Origin: Lama guanicoe
Taxonomy: Eukaryota
DNA: 64,000 bases
Reading direction: 5' to 3'
Assembly (NCBI GenBank): GCA_013239625.1
Contig: MU054187.1
Coordinates: 18,964,711 to 19,028,710 of the forward strand
Shown: positions 38,770-53,119 of the stretch, piece after piece
How the letters are laid out: the number at the start of each line of letters is the position of its first letter
Numbering within the stretch: the first letter of the stretch is position 1
Position numbers and translations under genes: made by a program
The notes under the pieces: model-generated
What the model was told of the DNA's origin: nothing
Database searches by the model: none
Seen by the model: the letters and a program-made list of their open reading frames with translations, nothing else

Positions 38770-39300
38770 TTTCTCTGCCTATCACTTCCTTTCCAACCTC
38801 ACCCTTTTCTATTAGAGACCCTCCCACATGGCCCTTGACACCATCCCTCCCCAGAGCCCAGTTGATTGGCTCAGGGGAAAATATATCACCCAAATCCGGC
38901 CAATGATTTCTGAGTTTGGAATTCGTGCTCTGGGAGTCTAGCCCAGCCTTGACCACACATGCTGTGAGTTCAACGTGGGCCTCTCGTGGCCACTTTTCAC
39001 CATGTGCTGGGAAGCAAAGAAAGCAGCTATGTAGAGAGAGGAGAAAAGACACGCACAGGGAAGAGAGGAGAAAAGACACGCACAGGGAAGAGAGGAGTCC
39101 CGATCCTGCCTTCCCCTGGAGGCCAGGTGAGGGGACAGGACTGGAAAGGCGGGGAGTGTGGCTTTCTTGATCTTGGGTCTAGGATTCCACAACGTCTGGC
39201 AATGCTGTCTGACCCTGGACCCTACAAGACACCCCGTGTCCCCTCAGTAAACCCGCTGCTTGTGTTTGCTTCATCTAGTTTGGGATTAATACTTGCTACC
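38770..39300 (+). mobile_element. MLT1-type LTR relic
   Basis: gttgattggctcagggg...cacccaaatccggccaatgatt; ends ...cttgtgtttgcttcatctagtttgggatt. Confidence 0.5.
39035..39097. repeat. Perfect 27-bp tandem duplication (2.3 copies)
   Basis: agagaggagaaaagacacgcacaggga x2, followed by agagaggag. Confidence 0.95.
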
Positions 39301-40417
39301 GCCCATGTAGGACTCATGTGCAGCTGGTCTCCAGCATGTCTGGTTTGACCAACATGGTGAACAGTGAGACACTTTTATATCGAGCCCCTTTGCAAAATCT
39401 GACTTGAGATGTTTTCCTGTGATGATCTGGGCATTATCATGAAATCAGCTAGAGTAAGGAAAGCACTGAGAACCAGAAGTGGCAATGAGGATGATATCAA
39501 AAGAGATGGTGAAGGACCTGCTAGCCAGCTGGCTGGAGGCTTCATTCTGGGGTCCAAGGTTAGCTTGCAGGTTTAACTTGGACACTTGATTGTTTTCAGG
39601 TTACCTAAGGCTTAATGTGCTTTGGGGGGTTGATTCATAGTCAGCCACCTCGTGAGAGACCCCTGGATCAGCCAGTAGGCCCGTGTCCTGATGCCCAGGG
39701 AGAGAGAGCTGTGTGCTACTCAGACCATAGATCTTGACCGAACTGTGTGCAGGGTCCCCTGGGAGTGGAGGCACTTACCTGCCGGGCACTTCGCCAGCCC
39801 CTGCGCGTCCCCTGCAGCATCATCCTGGGTCCTGTCTCTCTTGCTCCTGTTACTGCTGGTGTCTTATCCTTGGTCTTTCTGTTTGCCAGGCAATCCTTGC
39901 ATATAATTTAGAGAAAATGGGATCAATGAAACGAATTAGAAGTGGCTGCTTATGGGAGCGTGACGAAGGGGTGGAAAGGGGCAGAGCAGAGGACCTGCTT
40001 TCCATATAAGCTTTTTGTTGCCCTGATTTTTTTCACTGTGTACGTAGATCACCTAGACAGAGACAATCACTGCAACGCCCAGACCCCACTGTAAAATAGT
40101 GTCTGTTATGCTTTGTGTCAGCTTAGATCCTCTCTCCTGGGACGTTGACCCAAACCCTTGTGGCCTCCTTCCAGTCACTCTGCATGCTCTTTATAGCACA
40201 GACCTATGCTGCAATTTATTTCATTTAGAAATATTCATTTTTTTCACTTACACATTTATTGGATTCTTGCTACATGCAGAGAATTTCTGTGTAGAAACTG
40301 TATGTTACTGAACACTTTGTCCTACACTAGGTAATTATTAGGTGATCAGTAGAATCATTTGGTGTTGGTGATTTTGAGAATGTACATATTCCAAAGAAAC
40401 TTTAAAAAATGCTTAGT

Positions 40418-40580
40418 GGGCAGGGTATAGCTTAGAGGGAGAGCGCGTGCCTAGCATCCACAAGGTCCTGGGTTCAGTCCCCAGTACCTCCCTGTAAATA
40501 AATAAATAAACAAACCTAATTATACCCCCCCACCGCCAAAAACATTTTAAAAAACACAAAAAACAAACAAACAAAAAAAT
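40418..40580 (+). mobile_element. vic-1-like SINE
   Basis: GGGCAGGGTATAGCTTAG...GGTCCTGGGTTCAGTCCCCAGTACCTCC, with a (TAAA)n tail. Confidence 0.88.
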
Positions 40581-42496
40581 AATAAAGATGCTCCTTACTG
40601 AATAAATGTCCATGCCAGGCTTCAGAATATTCATTTCCTTCTCTCTTTACTCGGGCAGTGATAGATGGAGAGCAAAGAGCGATTCAGCCTGAGGAAATGC
40701 TCTGTCTGAACAGTTTTTCATTCATTCACTGAAAAATTTATTGAGCACCTATTACGTGCTGGGTAGTGTACTACACGAGGTGGATGCCGCAAGCAGGACA
40801 CAGCTGTGCCCTCAAGAAGTGTAAGGTCTTGGAGAGTATTTTTTGAGGGGAAGGTAGCTTTCATTTTTTTACATGAGAAGAATCTGTTACTTCATTAGAT
40901 GTTTGCTGCAGCATCCCTGTAGATGGTGGGCATTTGGTCAAAACTTTTTTTGCAAGTATGTGATTGGCACACAGCTTTGCAGGACAACACCTCTAGATTC
41001 TCAGTGTTTTCTCCTGCTCCCCCCACTGAGGGCCATGCATCTGGTTAAAAGGCAGAGTAAACCAACCAGCAGAGAGAAGAGAGAGGTGCTGCCTTAGGGT
41101 CACAATGGATCCACAGACTAATAGCCCCTAAAAACATCCACTGTGCAGAACATCCACTGGGGAGCGTCAGGGCTGTGGGGACGCCCAAGTCTACCTACGC
41201 TCTGTGGCCTCAGGACAGTTACTTAACCTTTATGAAGACCCTTCATTCTGGATGAAATGGGGGCGATGGTTTCCACACACAGCTATTGTGAGAGTTAATG
41301 AGACAATCATGTGGAAGCATCCAGCACATTGCCTGGCACATAGAGGGAGCAAAGTGAGTCCCATCTCCTATCCCACTGCATCTCAGGAAAAGTCAAAGGG
41401 CTCAGGGTCCCCTGTGCCCAATACAAGGGAATCATAGATGTTCACTGCTGACGAGTGGGGCTGCGGCTGGCGTGGGAGAAAGCAGTGGGGGTCCAACGGC
41501 ACGACCTTCTAGTTCTCAAACAGGCTGAGCTATAAAACTGTGTCTCCACTGCTCAGTCTACTAATAGATGAAATAATGGTGGCCAAGAGTAACCAAGAAA
41601 ACATTTGGGATGTGGTGTGTAAGCTATTTACTAAGGCCAGACATTTTTATTTTAGAATCTTCTTCAGAAATTGAAAAGAGAAACTTCTGGTATTTGAAGG
41701 CACTCATCCAGATATCTGATTCCAGTGTTTGAGTATTTTGGCTTCCACTTGGGGACTACTTCTCTGTGCGGGATGACATGTTGTTTTAGGTAATTCTCAC
41801 AGCAGTCTCATGATGTGAGAACTTCCCTGAACCAAGCGGTACACCGTGAGTCACAGCCCTCCCAGCCCCAGCGAAGGCTTATTGGACTAGGAATAGATAA
41901 AGATAGTGCCCAAGCCAGGCTACGTAGTTTTCTTCTCTTTTATAATCATTCCCATTACAAGAACAGGGCATATAAAGGTTAAATCACATGTCCAGCTGTC
42001 TGTCTTGCAAGAGGCAAAACTCAGATTTGTCCCCAAGTCTGTTGAACTCCACACCTGCTGCTTTGCTGCACAATACATATTCTTGGCCTTTGCAGGTGAA
42101 TATACCAAACTCCAGTGATCCCAGCCTTTGCCTAGAGGAGGATCTTCAGGCTGGCCTGCACCAGAATAGACGTCTCTGTTCCTCTGTTTGCCAGACAGCA
42201 GGACCAACTGCATGGGTGAGCAGCTAACACAGCCGGGCAGTCATTGCCAAGGGAATGGGTGGGAGCTGCAATCATCAGGGCTGAAGTCTAGAAGAGAGCT
42301 GTGCCTTCTATGTGTTTCTAAAAATAACATGGGTCGTGAGCAGTTGATACAGGGAAGATACCCCTTTGGTTTTAAATTATTTTTAACTGTAGGTAAAACC
42401 TCAGTCCCTCTAATCCCTGTGAGCCTTTCTTGGGTATAGTTGGTCATCCTTTACGTAAATAAACAGCCTCCAAATAGAAGCAGATACACAAAAACT

Positions 42497-42502
42497 TTTA
42501 TT
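42497..42502 (-). terminator. Candidate distal polyadenylation signal AATAAA of ZNF704
   Basis: Plus-strand tttatt. Minus strand reads AATAAAAGTTTTTGTGTATCTGCTTCTATTTGGAGGCTGTTTATTT, i.e. hexamer plus GU/U-rich downstream sequence. A second AATAAA at 43269-43274 is a possible alternative. Confidence 0.6.
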
Positions 42503-45500
42503 AAGTGGAAGTTAGACTTCATGGTAATTAACCACTTACAAATGCATTTAAATGCATGTGTGTGGACACCGCAGAAGTCAGAATGGTCTTCCTGAAAGTC
42601 CAGTGTTCTGGCTCGGCACGTGCCAGTGCACCCCAAGGTAGAACCATACACGCAGTAAACACAGGTCAACGAGGACGTCAGACTAGATTGGCAACACCAT
42701 ATCCACTGTTACAGCTAAGCATTACAGAACATGAAAGTCCAAAGACCAGAAGACTATTACTAAAGTGATTCTTACTCTAGACCTTTACGTCTACTTAAAT
42801 GCTTCCATCGGACCAAGGCAGCAAACCCTCAACTCTGGGGGGACAGCACTGTTTCTATATTTTACCCTTAAATGGGCCACAGGAACTGTAAACGTTCTGT
42901 GGCCCTCCTGATGCCCATTGCAGGTAGATGCCAGCTGTCCCCTTGGGAAAGTGCAGTTCAGTTTAACTGGTGTGAACATTTTATATGGTAAATCTTCCAT
43001 CTGAAATTTTTCTTCTATTTCAGTTAGCACCAGTTTATCTGAAATATTTTTCCTGGTGTTATATATTTAGGAAACATTTTTTTGTTTTGTTTTGTTTTGT
43101 TTTGAAACCAACACAGAAAGTCCCAAACAATGGAAAGTAAACACATTCAAAAAGTTGTTTCAGAGAACAGCATTTAGAAAAACAACATCATTTAAACATT
43201 CGACAAATCTATGTACAAGGTGCCCAAAGCTGGCGAGGAGGATGGCTGAGGAACAGTCACGGAAAAGGTTTATTAACCTGAACCCCCCACAGGCTGTGTA
43301 TTTACAGTCGGATAGGTATTCAGAAATGTAGTATCAGAACATCTGAATTTGGCTAAAAATCCTAGAAAAAGACACATCCCCGACCCTAATAACTTCTAAA
43401 TAGGTAGCAAACATATCCAGTATAACCACAAGTAACCAGGTTGAGAAGTGTGTTTTTCCATATTTTACATACACACAGTTGAGAAACTTTCTCAATGGAC
43501 ATAGAAGAGAACCGCGATGGCAGACAGACGGAGTTCTTTGTTTTAACATCGTCAGATGAAGGAGAGATTTTTTTTTTCATGCCAAATAACGTAGGAAAGT
43601 GCTGATTAAGGAGCAGATAAATTATTACGGAAAAGGGTTTCATGGAAACACAAAATCAACACGATGGCTGAAGAAATGTGTGTATATCCTATATGGACTT
43701 TCCAAAAAATATAAGTAATGCTCTCTGTGTAATTTTGAAAAAAAAAAAAGAAGATCAATGGTTTTGCTTTGCTGGACACTATTTTTATATTTTGTCCTTT
43801 GAAACTATATAATCCAACCCCTTTGGAGAATAGCTTTTTCCTTAGATTGAGAATTAAACACGATAGACACAACCTATGCTATATTTATCCAAGGCAGTAT
43901 TCACTAATTCATGCAGTTTCGTTCACTTGCTAATCCAGTGTCACTAGAACATCCACCTCTAAAAAAACTGGGCACATTTTGTAACAGCCAACAGTTTCCA
44001 TTTCTGCTCAAGAAGTACACTTAAACTATAAACCATTTCTCATCTGTTCACCTTAGTGGCTGAATTTATTTAGAGCCTGAAGTTTCAATGTACTGTCTTT
44101 AGAAATGTCAGCTAGAAGTATGCAGATGGAAGTTCTACATCCCCATCATGACAGGCATTCAGGTCTGTTTTGAATAATTTGTGGTTGTGTTTATTCTCTA
44201 GGGAAAAAATTTGACTTGGATTTGATACAAAATACTCGTTATTCTTTGAAAATGCATAGTTTGTAATTTTTTACATTCATTCACTGATATTAAAGACTTT
44301 TGTAAGCAAGTACTTACCTCCAAATGGTGGTAACGTTGTATTTTGCAAGATCTCTAAAAATTGGAGAGCATTGTTACATTGCTTTTGAATTAGTGCCTAA
44401 TTCCAAGTGAACGCCTGTCAGTTAACACCAACATCGTACAGGAAGAGCTGTTTCTTGTCTGTCTTTCTCTTTACTTCCTTGGCAAGCACTAAAAAGCAAC
44501 GTTTTCTACTGACAGCATTTCCAATAAATACCCCATTTAAGCCATTTTATAGTTTTGTCTTAACATATTAGATTTGGTGTAGAAAACAGTTTGAAAGATG
44601 GCTTAATTTTGAAAAGTAGAGTGTTTTTAAACCTCATCATGGGCTAAGGGCAACAGAGGTTTTGTGATGACCGTGGTGCTCTCACTCCTCGGCCCCCTCA
44701 TTTGCAAAAGATGACCGCAGGCCACTCGGCAGTGGTATTTGATGATAGTCACGAACCCTTTGGGACCTAGCGATTTTTTCTTATCCTGAGTTCTTCCTCC
44801 AAGTATATAGATTTTGATACACGAAACACTTTGGAAACTACACTAGTATCTGGTTATTCCAGAGAGCATATGTTTCAATGGTTGACCATTGTCCAACCAT
44901 TAATTATAAAAATAGGAATTTAAGGTCACATTGTAGGAAAATATTGATTAATGGCATTTTTTAAAAACATATATGATCCACATGCCTGGATTATTTTACA
45001 CCCAGGACATTTTCAGTTATTGAAGTTATGGAAGAAGTATGTTTTGGGGGTTTTGAGTTCTTCCCTAAAATCTAAATATATTCTAAAGCTTTCTACCAGT
45101 GATCACAGAGGTTCCCCAAACAGTTGGGATACTTTGGAAGAAGAAGCTTTGCTCTCATCACAGGGCTTGGTCAAGTCACAGTCATTGATTTCTAATTAGC
45201 AGAGTGTAGGCGAAAAGGCGTAAAAAGCAAAGCAAGGGTCTGTAATCTGCAAATTGATGCATCCTTTTTTTTTTTTCTGGTCCCCCTTGGGTAGGGGTAG
45301 TTTATGATTATGCTACACTGTAGATCCCTGAGGGGTAATCCCAAGTCTGGAGCCACTGGCCTCCAAAGCTCTGCCTCTTTCCTCACTGTCTTGGCCATCT
45401 GTGCCCAAAACATGGGAAGGGGGCGCCACCGGGGTGAGGGACACATGCTCCACAACATGAGCAGATTGGAATAGTTTCTCTTTGCAGAAATAGAATGTGG

Positions 45501-46204
45501 AAACAATTATAGCCTGCAGGAGCCATGTCCTTTTCACCTAATAAAGGCCAATTGCGCTTTCTCCTGCTCTGTAACCCTAGGCAGAGGTCAGGGCCCGGAG
45601 CAGTGAAGTGTGAAGCCCTCTTCCTCGGCCCCATCGCTCCATTGGCTTTGCACTGGAAGGGAAGGGTTGGGTAGAGGACTTGCGAAGGAGGCTTTGAGTC
45701 AAAGTGAAAGGATTAGACACCTGCCTCGCCATTCTTTATGATGGAGTCTGACTGCATCCTTTGTGAGGAGTATGGCCCGTTGTATGCCTTACTACTCTGT
45801 CTGAACGATGACCAAAAACTCTTCAGATAAATGGAAACATTTCCCTGAACCACAGGGATAGTAGCTTCATCGATTGAGCCTAACATACCAGTCACAGTAA
45901 CACTTAGCCCCTTGGACCTCAGTTTAACAGTGAGGAATCAGGAGCACGGAAGTAAAAATGTTCAGTCCAGAGCTTTTGGAAGCAAACGTACATAATAACA
46001 GCATGGCCTCTGGCTCGGGGAAATGAAGGCAAAGAGGGGAGAGGAACATTTCACTAGCAAATTCAAGGTGGTTGCGGTAAAATGACTAATAACCAGAATG
46101 GGGACTGTCCTCTCTCTCTTAATTTCTTCTCCAGAGTGCTGGTTTTCCCTCTTCAGTCAGAGATGTGCTGAGAATTCAGAAGAAAATAGATGAGCAACTT
46201 AAAA

Positions 46205-46356
46205 AATTTTTTAAATATATATATATTTAAAAAAATTTATTATTTTTTTGGAGGGAGGTAATTATTTATTTATTTTTTAACGGAGACACTGGGGATTGAA
46301 CCCAGGACCTTGTGCATGCTGAGCAGGCACGCTACCACTGAGCTATACCCTCCCCC
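46205..46356 (-). mobile_element. vic-1-like SINE inside the ZNF704 3' UTR (sense to the gene)
   Basis: cactggggattgaacccaggaccttgtgcatgctgagcaggcacgctaccactgagctataccctccccc. Confidence 0.9.
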
Positions 46357-49300
46357 TGCAGCTTTTTTTTTTCAACTGAAAATTTTGTTCTTTAATGACA
46401 GCTCTCTTGCCTTTTTCAGGCATTGCTGCTTGCTCCCCTGGCTAATTTTCTGAATTAAAAATTTAGGGAATTGATCCTAGTAAGTTGCAAATGTAACAGT
46501 TAATGAGACTTGAGAATTAATTTTTAACACTTTCATAATACAAATAAAGGGGATCTTTTCTTTGGAAGCTGGTAGTTAATTATGTGGATGACATTCAATA
46601 CGAAAGAAGATTTTTTTTTTTAAACCAAGGACTACAGTTTAAGCATTGAATTCAGAATCTCCTCCTCCTTTAAAAATCTATAGTTAACTTTCTTTTGGAA
46701 TGATAGCTTCTTCTTGTTTCCTGGAGCTTGGGTCCCTTTAAGTCCTGGCACTGTCAAGGCATTGGTGCAACCACTGCAAAACGGGCTTCTTCTCCAGCAG
46801 AGGAGGACAATGCCCACCTGTTTCCTCCCCCAGTGTTGTATTGCTTTAGAAACAGAATCAAAGTATCATTTATCAAAAAGCCCGTGAATGAAGTAGGTGA
46901 CAGGCCACCATGGGTTAGGCCCCTTCTAGAAAGCTCCAAGACTGAACTTGGGAATTTTAGGCTTTACCCTAAACTCAGGATGTGAAGCCTGGTGACCTCA
47001 TGGGAGAAGCATAAGATGAAATCCATTCATGCACTGGTCAACCTTGTAATCACTCACGATGGCAGAAATCTCAGGCCCTACCAAAGCTGTTTAAATTGCA
47101 TTTGTACTGAAACATGACTTAACCATATTACCAAGTGTTTCCAACTTGAGTGGTCAGTACTTTTCAATTTGATCATTACAAATCGTAGATCTGAGCTGTT
47201 TTCACATTTTTGGTTTTTGGCATCAGTGTAAGTTTACATGGATAACAAATGCTGAATGTTAACAGCAAAATAATTTCTTTCCAAGGAGCCAAAACTTTCA
47301 CTCAGCACACTGTAGTAGCTAATAAACTCCTATAATTAACAACTTAGATGGTTGGAATTTAGGAACTAGGAGCATGGTAGGTACCCTAAAGTGATAAATT
47401 TGGGGGTGATTAAGTCTGCATTTGACCATGTGAATGCGTGGGCTCTTTACTTCTATGCTAAAGACCTGGATTGCAAGGATGGGTGGAGAACATGGATCCC
47501 TGGGTCTTCTCGGGTTTAGAGTCATCCTAGGAGACTGTTCTGAGCCAGCTCTTTCACTCCTCCCCGCAGGCAATAACAAGGCTGACTCACAGGTTCAAGA
47601 CCACTTGAAACAGGTTGACCTTGGAGGTGGTGATGGTGACCCTAAATATTCCATTCTACACTGGGCTCTAGGCAAGGTCAAATGAAGTCAAGTATCTGAA
47701 AGAGACATACTTTATTACATATGGGAAAGGGTTAGTGATTATGCCGACACCGTCAGGACTCTGGTGTAAGACACAGTCTAAACTTCACTTAGTTCATCCA
47801 AATGAAGGAAGCAACTTCTATTTTTTTTCCATAACACGTTTCTTCCCATTTTGTCTTTGACCTCAGACAAAGATGTTAAGGTTTTCTATGTGGAGAAACC
47901 CCATTTTTAAGGTTAGTGGACAATCTAAACTACCTAAGTACCTACCTACCAGTTCTGAAGCAAGGATTTTGCCATGTTGGAGGTGAAATTTAATGGAATT
48001 TTCACCCTGGGATGAAAACGCATGGGACAGGATGGAGTGGGAAGGGGTGCAGAGGGGCTGGCAAAGGGCTTTGGCACAAGGAGGCAGCGTGTGCTATCAG
48101 ACGGCAGTGGCTCTTTGCCAGCCCCTCGTCACAGTGGTCACGGTAGTGAGAACAGTCGGAAAGTTAGGGTTACAGCCATTCAGTGCTCTGGGGCCTGGCC
48201 TGGGCACGCCAGGAGGCAGAGTGAGAGCCGGGTAATACTTCAGTATATTTCAATCAGAGGCAAGGCTAGCTTAAGGATATTGTCTTTTGATATTCAAGTC
48301 TTCCATGAGAAGGATTCCTGGGGAAGAAATGACCTCTTTCCCTTCTTGGATGATAGTTGCCCAGAGAGTGCCAATGGTGAGTTTGTGGGGCTGACGGATG
48401 AACTTAACCTGATGGCTATGGAATGCGAAATCTGCTGTTCCCAGCAGTTGAAACTGATGGCCAAAGGCTGCATCCGCCCATGTACAGGTTTTCTTTGGCC
48501 TGCACAGTGTTGGCCAAGAATCTGAATTTAGCTGAAGTATCAGGTAACATCCTATTTCCCAGTCGGAAGATCTAGCAGCCCTGGGCCTGATTTCTGCATG
48601 GTTCTGATTGTCTAGAGCTGGGGCCCCCTTCAAAGGGGCCTGTGTTCTCTGGTTCACCACGATCTCTGCTATTCTCTAGTGCCCTTCTTTTGCCTGATCT
48701 GCATCATTCAGTGACAGAATCTGCCTGGTCTTTCTAAGGCATCTGCTATTTACCATTAGGAAGCTTCTACTGAAATACGAAGCAAAACTCATTTGGTTCA
48801 AAACCATGCAGCAGTAAACGCTTCTCGGGAACTTTAGTGCCAACAACAGAGAGCTTCCAAGAGAATGAAGATAAAGATTTGCACACTGCCTGGTCTCAGA
48901 GATGAGGCCTTGCACTTCTTCCCCTAACTCTGTGCATTTCTAGTCCTCATATGTGCAGATACTAAAGCTCATTTGAAAGCAAAGTCTGAGTGACCCTCTG
49001 ACCACCTCATAGGAGATGCCCAATGGGTGTACAACCATTCTGTCCCAGCTTTTTTTTTTTCATGTTATCTGCAAACTTGACTAATCAGTCTAGCTTCTGA
49101 ATTACTAAAATCTTAGAAAGAAAAGGTGCTTTCTTGTTTTAACAGTGAGTGGGCTAGAAAACACTGTACAGCATTATGAAATGGTTTTGGCCAAGCTCCG
49201 AATTGTTTGCGCGGTTAATAAACTCCCCACATAGCGCGCTTCCTTGTCTTCCGACTCTTGGGAATACAGTGACTTCCTGATCTCAGACTCGCGAGTCTGA

Positions 49301-52300
49301 ATTCTTCACTTGCAAAATCAAGCACTTGCTCTGATAAGGAAAGTAAAGTTATTTAGTTAGTGCTGAGGACAAAGTTATTTTAAATGTCACTGATCACCTA
49401 AGAATCCTATCTTTGGGCTCACGTGCCATGATTTTAGAAATTTCCATCAAGTGATACTTGCTAGTTAAATGCAGCTTTGTGCTTCTGGTAGGCTGAGCAA
49501 TAAGCTTGTCCTTGCAACAGAATCTTGTCATTTTTACACTAAAGAATGTACAAGTGTATTTCTCCCACTGCCAGTAAGCATATCTATTGACATTTTTAAG
49601 ATTTAAAATATACTTGATGATTCTTAAAGTATCCCCCCCCCAAATACTTTGAAAACACACTGGTAATGATAAAAGGAGTAGCTGCTGCCATCTTGATTCT
49701 CTTGTAATAATCTTTCCATCGGATCTGCATTTCTACTCTTGCTGCAGAGGGTTAAGTGAAAGGATACGCATCGAAACACTTGCTTAAAAGAGGCATAGCC
49801 CTTTGGAGAGCAGGAATTGCTTGTAACATTAACACTTCCTGTCTGGTAAAATATTGTATTTTAAAAAATAAGCTACAATGTATAAAACCAAGGTCATTTC
49901 CCACAAAATGTTCATGTTCTTTGTGATTACAAAACACTGCATCTTGTAAAATATTTCCAGTTCTGTTAACTCGAGAAGTTAAGTACTAATGCTTATTATA
50001 AAAGTGTCACATCTCTCAGAACTGCAGAAGCCTAAGCAGTATATTTCTCGTCTTATTTGGAAAATTAAGTTATAATTATTGTATTTAAGATTACATTTTG
50101 ACACAACACATTACCATTGTGATTCTCAGACTCACAAGAAAAGTTATATAAAACATGAGATTGTCTTCAAAAAAAAGGAACTATTTACAAAACAGGACCA
50201 GATGTAAAATTCCCATTTTGATTTCTGGCCCTGTGACAGATACACCTTTTAAAGCATGTATATCTCATTGGATCTGGGCTTTTTTCAAAGTCAGTCACCA
50301 TAAGCAAACCAGTTGGCCTTAAATACCTTTTATACTTTCTTGCTTTATTGGTGCGCGTTACTTAGCGATACAGTTGGTACCTAAAAGTGCTAATCTCATT
50401 TTATTTACTGACTTCTGGTTTGACTAGTTACAATGCAAAAGACGTAAGGAAGTAGTTCCGATCTGGAGAAATCCCCACAGGTATGGGGAACGGGGAGAGC
50501 GTGTGTGCTGCTGGTTGGGTTATTTTCTTAGAGAAATGAGTTTTCCAGTTGACCCGTGTGCCCAGCGCATTCCCCAAAATGATCCATATTCATGAATCCT
50601 GCTCTGTTTCCCCTCATTTGTATGCACAAATTCTTCCCTGCGTTCATACAGGTCAAAGCTACAGTTGACATGGTCGAGAGAAATTCTACAGGGTCTTGTG
50701 AAAAAGCAGCACCTTGTCCACAAAAGTCCACGGAAGTTTGCTCCTTAACATGCTATTAAAGCAAAATGCACATTTATAACGCCCTTCACCTACAGAATTC
50801 TGCATGTAACTAACAACCAGTCATCCAACGGGCTAATTATAAAAAGGAACACCAAGGCGTCAGATTCATAATTACATTCAGAAACAGCCTTATATGAGTC
50901 TGTGAAAACCCACCAGGGACTGTGCTGTGGTTCAGATGCCAGCCTCAGAATGCAGGACTACGAAACAAAGACACAGCTCTGTTTCACAGAGCATTCGTCC
51001 ACACCCCCAGAAGTCAGAACTGTCCAGTTCATGTCAATTTATCTTGAAATGATATCATGTTCATTAAAAAAACCCAAAAACCAAAAAAACTGTTCTGACT
51101 AGAAAAGATGCTGGAGACAATAAAAGCCTTTCTAGTCTTAGGATCCTCCAGATCTATTTTTTCACATACCCTTTAGTTTTCCCTGAGGAAATGATTTTTT
51201 TTTAACAGTATTTTGCTACTCTTGTCAAGGAATCCTCTCCCATATGTACAATTCTTGCCACTTTTCTCTAAACATTCCCAAGTGAATGCTGCACTTTCCT
51301 TTTCCAGTGAAGTCTGATGAAGGCGGTAATGGGTTCCAGTAGTGACGGCTAATTCGGAACCCAGGGCTGCTTTCAGTGTGGCTTAGTGTGACACCAGCGA
51401 CAGCCGACTTCAACTCAAGTGCTCTTGCAGTTTGATAGCCGGCATGTCTGTTTCAGAAATCTTGCAACATCCATGGAACTATTTCCTGTTGGAAAGCCCA
51501 AGAACTGTAACCCTCATCATTCCCTCTTGAAAGTTCGCATCTGCAACGCGGTTATGACTAGACAAGGAATCGTCTCATGAAGGGCACCCTCCCTGCTGGT
51601 GCTGGAGCTGCGGACAGGCATGCACATTCCTGCCCAGAAACCCACTGCCCTCTTCCTGACACTGGCTTTTGCCAAATGAGGGAGGAAACTTTTTAGCAAA
51701 CAAGGCGGAGAGAAGTCCCACTCAAGATGTGCACGGCAGTCCTGCATCCCTGGGCAGAGCCGCTCCCCGTGAGGGAGCGCTCTCCTGGCTTCAGGCAGCT
51801 GCTCCCAGAGTGGGAACCTGCCAGCTCCCTCGGAGGTGCCCAGGGATGGTCACCATCGGCCAGTCAGCATAAGGGAGATGAGCCTGAGCCAGGCCTCCAC
51901 AGTCCTCTGGTGTCTCTTCTCCGGCCCCCGACTCACTTGCTACGTGGGTACTTTACTTCCTCCAGGCGCTCACACTGCCCTCCTATAAATGGGATGGACA
52001 TCCTCTTGGAAGAACTAAGGTTTAAACGACTGCCTGATGAGCTCTCTCTGCTGTGCAGCTATCTGGAGAATGCCTGTCCGTCACCAGGAAATGCCTTCTT
52101 TGGAGAGAGGTGAGACATCTTGTCTGAAGGGAAGGGTATCAGGGAGAGAAAAGTTAAAGGCTACAACATGCCTTCTTTAGAAAGACTTTGGGACCAGAAC
52201 CCACTGCACCACCGTTCTTTTGCACAGACAGGTCTCTGAGATGCCCATGAGGGGCGGGGCTCCAGGTAAACAGCCACGTGCCCTGGGACCTTCCTTCCCA

Positions 52301-52997
52301 CCCATCTCCCTCCTCCTCCTCCTCCTGCAGAAAAGAGACAGAAAAGAATGTGGTACCACAGAGAAGGCATTAAACAAATCTTGGGCTTAATTTGGCACTT
52401 CATTTAGTTCCAAAATATAACAAAATAGCTCTTTTTTTTTTTAATTTTAGCATTTACAATCAGTGCTGTATCTTGCAACTTGTAGCCTTCTGGGTGCCTT
52501 TCGAGAAGTTTCATCCATTTTCTTCAAGGCCAGCCAGGGGAAGCTTGGTGGTCGCCTAGTCATTACATGCCTTGGTACAGGGTGCGGGGGTCTATATGCA
52601 GGAGGTACTGAGGGTCTGTGCCCACTTGGGAGCTAGAGAAGACAGCCCCGGGCTGACCAGCAGAAGGGGTCCCCGAGTGGTGGGGAGACGCAGAAGAGTG
52701 TACGTAAAGACGGTTTTAGAAAGGAGAAGAAATCCCAGGGAACTGGCATTCAGTTCTACACTTCTGCTTACACCTGTGCATTGGCTAATACCGAGGTAAG
52801 GACTGAGCTGGGCTCAGCCAGGCCAGAGCTCAGAACTAGTCATGGGCTGTACTTCTGGGGGCAAAGTCACAGAGCCCCCACAAAACCCTCACTCCAGGAT
52901 TGCTCCACGGCAACCCTCTCTCCCCACTTCTGTCCCGAAGTCCAGGGGATGGGGGATAGACTGAGCACCTCATCACTTTAATCTCTCTCTCTCTCTC

Positions 52998-53119
52998 TTT
53001 TTTTTTTTTTTAAATAAAAACCACCTTTATTTCTTTCTTTCCCTTAACGGAGGCACTGGGAATTGAACCCAGGACCTTGTGCACACCAAGCACATGTTCT
53101 ACTGCTGAGCTGTACCCCC
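52998..53119 (-). mobile_element. vic-1-like SINE inside the ZNF704 3' UTR (sense to the gene)
   Basis: ggaggcactgggaattgaacccaggaccttgtgcacaccaagcacatgttctactgctgagctgtacccc. Confidence 0.88.

Noticed and set aside
39035..39097. CRISPR-like repeat
   Set aside because: Head-to-tail units without spacers, in a mammalian genome.
48022..48660. 167-aa and 129-aa ORFs
   Set aside because: They lie in the inferred 3' UTR with no recognisable domain or exon structure; the lengths are compatible with chance.
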